A stretch of DNA of 64,000 nucleotides from Macrostomum lignano. Its lineage: Eukaryota. Shown here in pieces: positions 55,774-64,000 of this stretch. The DNA is taken from the NCBI GenBank assembly GCA_002269645.1, contig NIVC01001981.1, positions 124,001-188,000 of the forward strand, written 5' to 3'. The first letter of the stretch is position 1, and each line of letters opens with the position of its first letter. The notes under the pieces are model-generated. The model saw only the letters and a list, made by a program, of their open reading frames with translations, ran no database searches and was not told the DNA's origin. Made by a program: the position numbers and the translations under genes.

Positions 55774-57591
55774 GCCCGTCAGATGCGGCTAATTGCTCAA
55801 CCGTCACCTGTTACAACGGAGGCACCTGCAACAACTACACAGACAGTCCTCCCTGTCTCTGCCCGCTGCCCTACATCGCACCTTACTGCTCAGCTGCTGC
55901 AGACTACTGCTTCACCCTGCAGCCTGACAAGAACATCACTGAGCTGCCAGTGTGCCTGAATGGCGGCAACTGCACTTTAACATACACTGATCCTTACTTC
56001 AATTGCACTTGCCCGAGTGGAACTACAGGTGACTAAGTAAAATGCTAACAATATTACAAAAAAACAATATTACTCGTGATACAGCTCAGATATTGTCGGG
56101 TATGTTGGGACGGCATGGTCACTTTCAAAATCTCGAAACTCATACTGTTAGATTGAAACCGTCGATATGAAGCTTCGCGTTTATGAAAGCAAGCAGCAAA
56201 ACCCTTTCAATAACTTTGAAGTTTCGAAGGTTGTCTGCACTTTTATCGAAAGCGACAAAGCCTTCCTTGAATACTGAGATACACTTAGCAGACGTAACGT
56301 CGTCTCTTAAAAAAGTCGAATCTTAGCAAAATATTCGCTTTCATTGTCCAGGGCTGAGGTGCAATAAGAAAGTGTCCGAACCGACTGACGAAATTGGTAA
56401 GATACCACCAGCACTTGGCTCCACTTAATTTACCATCTTTCGAGCGCATCAAATTGCGCTTAAAATGCAAAATGCGCTCACCTAACTGCATTTACAGAGT
56501 ATAGATTGAGCGCAGCCGCAACTGCCGGCATCGCGGTTGGCGTCGTCGTCGGCGTCGGGGCTTCCGTCTCTCTGGCTGTCTTTGCTGTGCATCGAGCATC
56601 TGGACGGTCCAGATTTAGTTTATGCTGCTGCTCAAAAGTAAGCTTTTTCCCATACCTGTGCAAAGCGGTTTTAACTGGTATTAGACCTAGTAGTAGTAGC
56701 TGTAGTCATTACATGTAGTCATCATTTAATGAATCGATTGAGTTAAGACATCGCTTTGATTATGAGTAGCTACTGATAATCTATATGCAAACGTGCAGTT
56801 TCAATTGCATGTTGCAGTAAGAGAATGACTGGGATTTAGCAACACGTTGCCGTTAAATATTGAAAAACTTTTTCTCCACAGTTTTGAAGATCTCAAATGT
56901 TCTAAAAGTCCATTATCTTAGTCTATTAAGGCTACCAGGCTAAAATGCATGCTCAAGTTACGAAGTCAAGTCAAGTCAGGGACTCTGTATAGGAACTTGC
57001 AAGCCAGTCAACAATTTATTCTTTTGTCATACCTGTGGCCATTGCAAGGCACCTATCTAAAGTCTCACGGCTCATTAATTGTTTTATAACCTCCGGGTTT
57101 AACTCAACTGAAAGGAGCAGTGCAGTTCACGCGTCTGACTGTCGCGCTTGTGCACGAAAATTGTCCAGTGGGTTTTCGTGCGATCCAGAGTGTTCATCTA
57201 CATGCATGAAGATTAGAAAGTCATGACCGCTGTTCAACCTTGTGTGTATGAATGCGTGCCTGCGAATTTATGTGCTTAGGAGTCAGCGGAATGGCCGTAA
57301 GCTTGGTTGCGGAACGATTACAATTTCGCCAAGGCGGTGCACCAGAATGCCTACAGTCCTGCTCCAATTATTACTATTATTAACTCAACTGAATTGCATT
57401 GACATTGACTTTTTAGTAAGTCAAAAAATTAATTGTTTGAATTTCAGAAAATCTGTCCAACTTCACAGCAACAGTCGCATGTAGCTTACAACAATGAAGG
57501 AGGCAACTTTGACGACAATTCAGCATGCAAAACCAACGGTGGCTTAGGCAGCGGTTCAGCCCATCACCAGGATCAACAAATAAGTGCCTAA
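55774..57591 (+). CDS. EGF-EGF-transmembrane protein, paralog 1 (possibly a pseudogene); exons 55774-56028, 56498-56637, 57448-57591; candidate first exon ends at 55510
   Basis: CSTVTCYNGGTC...CLCPLPYIAPYC and CLNGGNC...FNCTCPSG; TM segment AATAGIAVGVVVGVGASVSLAVFAV; tail ...AYNNEG...ISA*. Phases join. The candidate leader exon has an in-frame TAG at 55483. Confidence 0.78.
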
Positions 57592-58800
57592 GTAACTTTG
57601 TTGGCAGACTTTTGGAGAAAAAACGTATGAGTTTGAATTAAACTCGATCATGCATGTACACTGTGCATATTGAATAAATTACAGTATAATGAAGTTCTGT
57701 ACTAAGTAATTCCAATTCATTACATACACGGCATTTTCGGTGTAAAATATTCAAAATTTTCGGTGAAAGGACCGCGTGATATTAGTGCGCAGGTACGGGG
57801 AAAGTGTGTGCATAAAGCGTGCAAGCAATTTCTATCATATAATGGCTTAATCTTGCGCCAGTTTGTGCCTGTCAAACTGCACGCTCAATCATGCATTCCG
57901 CTTGTGCATATCGTTTCACAATTATTATAAATTCGTATTGAGGAATGACTAACATGTAACGCTGTATTGACCTACCTAGCTGTTCACCGAAGTCTCATTC
58001 TCTCTGACTCAGAGAACATTTTATTATTAAACAATTAATTTATTATTCAATACAACTAACTTGACGAAACTTCGGTAATGTACATATGATCCGGTAGTTT
58101 ACTCTCTAAGTATGTTCATTCCTGTATCAGTATCACATTGTATAGATTCATTTTTTGGAACACTCTTTTAATATACGTAGCTATATATTGCCACGTTTAA
58201 CTGTGTTTTTTGTGTTGTTCTTCCTAGGAACCTTCGGGGTCCGTTTAAGTATTGTTAAGGTTTACATGATTTGTTTTAAGTCTGGATTTTATTTCATAGC
58301 CATAGCAAATGAATTTTTTGCTCACATGCAGTGAAATCCTGGAACTGGAATGTGTACGCACTACACCCATATAACAAAAGCGAGCTACACACAGGTATTT
58401 AAAAGACCAATGTTTTCCATGCTTTTTTGCCGGTAAGAATAAAAATGCATGAGTTTTTAACCATATTTCTTATTTTATACGGTTTGAATGGACGATGCAG
58501 ATATTAAGTTTTAATTATTTCCTTCTTACTGGACTAGCTAGTAAACGGATAGCAGACTGTATATTGTACTCGTAGCCAGGGGTGTCGGAACCGGGAGGGC
58601 ACGGGGGGGGGGCTGGAGCCCCCTCACTTTTTAGCATGATCCAGCAAGTGCCCTTTTTGAATTTTAAGCAAGTGTCGGCCGGTTTTCGGCTTTGGCTTTT
58701 CTGAGTCTTAGAAGCTAAGGGCTGATATAATAGTTAATGTTGTTCTCAATCCCATTCACTACAGTTTTATCTAATGTGCCTAAGCCTAGTGCCTTTAGTG

Positions 58801-59813
58801 CAGGAGTCAGCAAAGTTTTTACCTCAAGGGCCAGATTAATGAACCTAGCGCGGCGCAATGACTGCCCTTCTGGGTCTGCTTCCCTGGGCCCCTAAATGAA
58901 ACGCGCCCAGGAGTCCCTAGTTATTGCAGGCAAGAGAAGGGAGAGGATAGGGAATAGAGAAGAGAACTATACGAGTACGAGCGTAGGAGAAAGGAGAGGC
59001 TAAGGAATAAAGGAGAAGAGAGTAGACGAGAAGAGAGATAAATAGAAGAGGGGAGATGAATGAGGAGAGTCGAGATTTAAGAGAGAGGAGAGATGGAGGG
59101 AAGGTGAAGAGAATGGAGAGAAAAAGGGAGATGAGAGATGATACGAGCTAAGAGAGGAGAGGAGATGGTAAGAGAGGAGAGGGGAGGAAAAGGAGAGGTA
59201 AGAAGAGGAAAGGAGAGAGGAGAGGAGATAGGTGAGGAGATGAGAGGAGAGGAGAGAGGAGAGGAGAGGAGAGGAGATAGGTGAGGAGATGAGAGGAGAG
59301 GAGAGAGGAGAGGAGAGGAGAGGAGAGGAGATAGGTGAGGAGATGAGAGGAGAGGAGAGGAGAGAGGTGAGAAGAGGAAAGGAGAGAGGAGAGGAGATAG
59401 GTGAGGAGATGAGATGAGAGGAAAGAGGAGAGGAGAGGAGAGGAGATAGGTGAGGAGAGGAGAGAGGAGAGGAGATAGGTGAGGAGAGGAGAGAGGAGAG
59501 GAGAGAGGTGAGAAGAGGAAAGGAGAGAGGAGAGGATATGGGTGAGGAGATGAGATGAGAGGAGAGAGGAGAGGACAGGAGAGGAGAGGAGAGAGGAGAT
59601 ATGTGAGGAGATGAGAGGAGATGAGATGAGAGGAGAGAGGAGAGGAGAGGAGATAATATGAGAAGAGAAAGGTGAGGAAAGAGAGCTGAGAAGAGACAAA
59701 CATCGAGTGGGCCGGATCGCTATTGTGAAGATTTAAAGGATCTGAGGGCCGGACAGAGATCAGAGGCTTTGCAGGCCACATTTGGCCCTCAGGCCGTAGT
59801 TTGCCGACCCCTG
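58801..59813. mobile_element. Nested hAT (Charlie-like) element, ends CAGGAGTCAGCAAA / TTTGCCGACCCCTG, containing a purine tract
   Basis: 12/14 TIR match; typical GGGCCAG / GGCCGTAGTTTGCCGAC subterminals; TSD only 5/8. Confidence 0.7.
58930..59700. repeat. GA-rich purine tract ((GAGAG)n, GGAGATAGGTGAGGAGA subrepeats)
   Basis: Direct. Confidence 0.93.
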
Positions 59814-61182
59814 TTTCTGTGTTTACCGTTTCGCTTTATCGTCTCTGATCGAAATTCCGAGTCCGCCGCAATCCCAAGACTTCAACTGCTGCTGGCGCTG
59901 CAACTAAAATCACTAAAATACAATACCGTCAGCTAAAAGAATAGAGTCAGCAGCAAGAGGAACTGAAGTAGAGAACCAGGAAACTACTGGTCTTGCCCTT
60001 GCAATTTTCATTCATTTGAGATATTTACTAAAGAAATTGATAATGCAATTTTCGCAATGTTTGAATCAGTTGAAAATTTGGACATTTTCAGACTTGTCCA
60101 CTTTCAACACAGAATTGAATATCGGCCTGGTTGTCACAATTTCACAAACTGATATACTGCAGGAGTTTGGGTGCCCTTAGATTAAAAGAAATTATGTGCA
60201 ATGTGCCCTCCCACCAATAGCCCCCCCCTCACTTTGAAATATGTTCCGTCACCGCTGCTCGTAGCTCGTAATAATGGTTAATTTTGTACGTATATAGCCA
60301 GCTATTTGCAAAATGCATTCAACTTGCCAGCATTTACATTTGTCGACGTTGTATAGAACCGTACGTACAGTGTATTTGGGATCTGGGATTTCATGTCAGC
60401 AAAATGGGGAACTTCATATGCACACCTCGACTCCCACAACGATTTTATTGCATGCTACATTCTCCGTTGCTAAGGCAGCAAGTACAATTGTACATCCAAT
60501 GCAAGGGAAGACGAGGAAGAGTCTAGCTACTGCAGGGAAGGTGGGGGAATTGGGAAGGGGATTAGAAAGGGGGAGAGAACAGACCGCGCGAGAGCTGGAC
60601 TCTAGCTATAATTGATTTCCACCCAACCAAGAGCTCAGCTCACGACTCATGCTCAGGATCGTCTAGTCATGGGGTGTGGTTGTTTCAGAGCCTGTACTTC
60701 TGTTTACGTCAAACTCAACCTGTGTACATTCCTTGTACTCTTGACTACGGCCAGAGAACCGCGCGGAAGCGCTTGAATTGTTAATGTTCTATTGTTTTTA
60801 ACTGATTAACTCCTCATAGCAACTGCGGAAGCATTCAATTTACAGTACTGTTCACTAATCGTTATAATCGAAATTGAATCCAGATTGCAAAATGCTCAAC
60901 ATCGGCAGTTCAGTTGGAATCCTAACGATTGTACTGAGAGTTTGTTTGCTAATCTGTAAGTTTCGCTTTTTGTCTCAAGTTGAAAGATGAGAACAGAGAA
61001 TTGTCAAATCGAGAAGAACACCTGCAATAGCGTAGCCTCATCCTTATAAGAAGCTATGAAAAATTAGGGAATACGATAAAATCTTGTTGGCATTTTATAG
61101 AGCTTCGGCTCCTGTAATGGATTACAAGTATTGATACGAGACATCTACTTAAGATTATTGATTTTTCTTTTCACCTTATCAG

Positions 61183-62271
61183 GTCCGTCAGATGCGGCTA
61201 ATTGTTCAACCGTCATCTGCCATAACGGAGGCACCTGCAACAACTTCACAGAAAGCCCTCCCTGTCTCTGCCCGCTGCCCTACATCGCACCGTACTGCGA
61301 ATCAGCTGCGGACTACTGCTTCACCCTGCAGCCTGACAAGAACATCACTGAGCTGCCAGTGTGCCTGAATGGCGGCAACTGCACTTTAACATACACTGAT
61401 CCTTACTTCAATTGCACTTGCCCGAGTGGAACTTCAGGTGACTAAAATCTTTTTTGCTCGTGACCTTCATTTAAATGTATGCTTTTGATAGCTCAACTAA
61501 ATTCATAACCGTGCTCGAATGATTTATTTGATTCTCTAACAATTTTAATACTTTGCGTTGCAAATGAACATGACATAAACAATAAACATTCACATCCAAA
61601 ACCATCTTATTGTATTGATTGTACACAGGAATCAGATGCTATAATGAAACAGACGCGTCATCGCCAGTCACAACTGTCAGCTCTACTACCAGTAAGTTTT
61701 GTGCATTAATTTATTTAACCGGTTTCCTTTAAATTAACTGTAAGTGGCTTTGACAACAAAATTGATCCAAAACTCAATTTCAGCTTCAAGCAGCAGTACT
61801 TCGACAATTTTGGCACCAGAAACAACTACCATTACTAATAGTAAGATACTGTTATTTAATAATTGGTTCTGTCTTTGTTAACAAGCAGAAGTAGATACTT
61901 ACCAGGTAGCTAATTGCTGCAAGCTCCCGCAGTTTGGATACCTTTTTTATACGAGAGTACCTTTGCATTTTCAGCTAACACCTTGACCAGCACGATCAGC
62001 AGTACGACAACGGAGAGTTCGACCACACGAAATTCATTGACTAATCGTAAGATATCTACAGCTGTTGTCTTCAATTATGATTTTCTTGTTAAATTGCATT
62101 TAATATTAGCATATTTTTTGTGCAATTTCTACAGCCACCAACGTGAGTGCGGCTGGTATTGCTGGCATTACAGTTGGTGCCATTGCTTTCATTGGACTTT
62201 TGATTTTAACCATTTACCTGGTGTACCGAAGGCCTAAACGGTTAACGAAAGTTTTTCCATGTTGCAATTCG
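61183..62271 (+). CDS. EGF-EGF-mucin stalk-transmembrane protein, paralog 2 (partial); exons 61183-61437, 61629-61691, 61784-61840, 61975-62046, 62135-62271; first and last exons not resolved
   Basis: 255-nt EGF exon homologous to paralog 1; the next exon supplies the 6th Cys (GIRC); three S/T-rich phase-1 exons; TM segment AAGIAGITVGAIAFIGLLILTIYLVY followed by RRPKR; all introns GT-AG and in frame. Confidence 0.87.
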
Positions 62272-62494
62272 GTAAGTTCCAATCCTGTTTGGCACACTTT
62301 TATTTCCTTTTTGTGACGTTCCGAAGGAGGCATTTACAATTAATTGAATTAAATTAGACTGTGAGATGAGGAAGCTCACGTTTTAAATCTTCCGTTAGCT
62401 TTGGCATTGGAGTGAATGGGTGCTTGAATTCAATGCAATGACGAGCTGATGTGAATCGAACCCTGGCCACTTCAGCAGCAAGATTTAAATTAGG

Positions 62495-62744
62495 TTAATA
62501 ATAATAATACACTCGTAATAATTATTGATTACACCTGTCCTAATGGGCAGATGGGCAACCGACAGCTCAGCCGCAACTATTGCGCACGGCTAATGCTGGC
62601 ACCCATTGTTTTACAGCTGGGTGAACTGAAGCAATGCAGAGTTAAGTGTCTTGCTTAAGGACACTAATTGTTCCGAGTGGGTCGACAATCGAACCCACGA
62701 CCTTTCAGTCGTGAGTCCGACGCTCTAGCCACTAGGCTACAACC
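62495..62744 (-). mobile_element. tRNA-headed CORE-type SINE
   Basis: Minus strand: A box TAGCCTAGTGG, B box GGTTCGATT, CORE-like GTGTCCTTAAGCAAGACACTTAAC...CTTCAGTTCACCCAGCTGTAAAACAATGGG, and a (TAT)n tail. Confidence 0.85.
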
Positions 62745-64000
62745 TTAGGCAAATGAAGCAGGTGTGTGTTTTCTGAGATGCAGTCGCATGTCTTTTAGCT
62801 ATTTTTGTGAGATGCTACCAGAGACCTTGCTTTTTTGACGAGATTTTGACAGTTCCTGTCTAGAAATGCTTTTAGAAATAAAACTGTATTTAAATTGTTG
62901 CCACAGCTCCAAAACAAAATTTTCTGAATGTTTTTTTCTTGACAAACCGATGAGTGCAACTGCAACCTCGAAGGAAACACATACTGGCTTTAGTTGCAAT
63001 TTAAAAGTCCATAAGGTAGGATATTGGCAGTTTTATGTCAAAGAAATGGCACGGCAAAATTGGCACTATTTGCGAGTGAAGTGTCTTTCTGATTTATAGT
63101 TGAGGATATTTCAGGTGGCTTGGAATGGTTAAATCAGCTTTGGAACCTCGGTAAAACAACTACGAGTTGTTTACTAATTAAGAGCTACTTGCAAAAACTT
63201 TATTTATCGCCAAATCTAAACATCAAATTTTCAGAAAGCATATGCAGGTAAAAATCTAACCAGTTGCAAGTAACAAAACACCTGCTTGTAGGGTTCACTT
63301 CACGACACACAAAATAGCGTCTTTAGGAAAGGAAAAGCCATGTTCATTTCATACTTGTAAACTAATTTTGGACGTTCTCAGCAACTGTCACATTCCGATA
63401 GCAACTTTGTACGCATGCAAGCATATTAGTATAGTCACTTTGGTCAATTGGCTACTTTAAACAAATAAAAGATTTTGTTTATATTAATGAAGCGAACAGT
63501 TTCTAAGACAAATCATATAAACCCACAAAATTTCGACACAAAAATTTCAGAAAATCTGCCCAACGGCTCAGCAGCAACTTGCTGAGTCCGGCCCGGACTT
63601 TGGCCGCACTCTCAAATCCGATGGAAGCTTAGACGGCGGTCTCAGCCCGGGTCCGAGTCAGCAGAATGATTCTTATCAACATTCGAATCCGCAATTCGCA
63701 TAAGTGCTGGGAAGACTGAGCCGACTCCATGTTGTCATTTGCAAGTTTATCAACGAAGAACTGTAACTACGGGTCCCGTAATTTGATCATTGGTTATGGG
63801 TATTTGAAAGGTTGTCATTGCATCCGGGTTGTGCTTTTATATAAACTTGTTTGCAATGCTACCACGGATTTTTATCAAAGTTCAAAAAGCTTTAAAAATG
63901 CTTTGCACTCACATATCACAGATTCCCCAGCTTCATCACTCAAGCCTTAAAACTTTGTTCCCATAATCTCGCCAAAAACTATTTATTCCTTTTGACACCA

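Larger units (their letters stand above)
58577..60257. mobile_element. hAT-type non-autonomous element (1681 bp), TIR CAG(G/C)GGTG(T/A)CGGAAC, perfect 8-bp TSD CTCGTAGC
   Basis: CTCGTAGC at 58569-76 and 58258-equivalent right flank 60258-65; 13/15 TIR match; subterminal AGCCCCC..CTCACTTT at both ends. Confidence 0.88.

Overview
Eukaryotic (invertebrate animal) genomic DNA with GT-AG introns; no prokaryotic features, rRNA, intact tRNA or CRISPR array were seen. GC-rich exons and minisatellite-filled introns are reminiscent of a free-living flatworm such as Macrostomum, but that is an inference the sequence cannot prove. Left half: three conserved housekeeping genes, all on the minus strand: a type II PI 4-kinase (runs off the left edge), a TACC-domain gene and a complete 9-exon CTR9 (PAF1 complex). 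Most of their internal introns carry their own unrelated tandem array. Right half: lineage-specific secreted or surface protein genes (a two-module Cys-rich secreted protein, a PAN/apple + F-type lectin, and two paralogous EGF-EGF-TM genes) interleaved with mobile elements. These are a full-length but disabled LOA/R1-like LINE with an 11-bp TSD, a solo LTR, a tRNA-CORE SINE and about ten non-autonomous TIR elements, most with readable TSDs. Best leads: (1) one hAT MITE present twice with about 7 versus about 61 copies of an internal 21-bp unit; (2) a strong 3' splice site 2 nt upstream of the LINE ORF1 ATG; (3) exon-restricted near-identity between otherwise diverged duplicates in two gene families. 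All coordinates were read by eye, and single-base frameshifts may be assembly errors.
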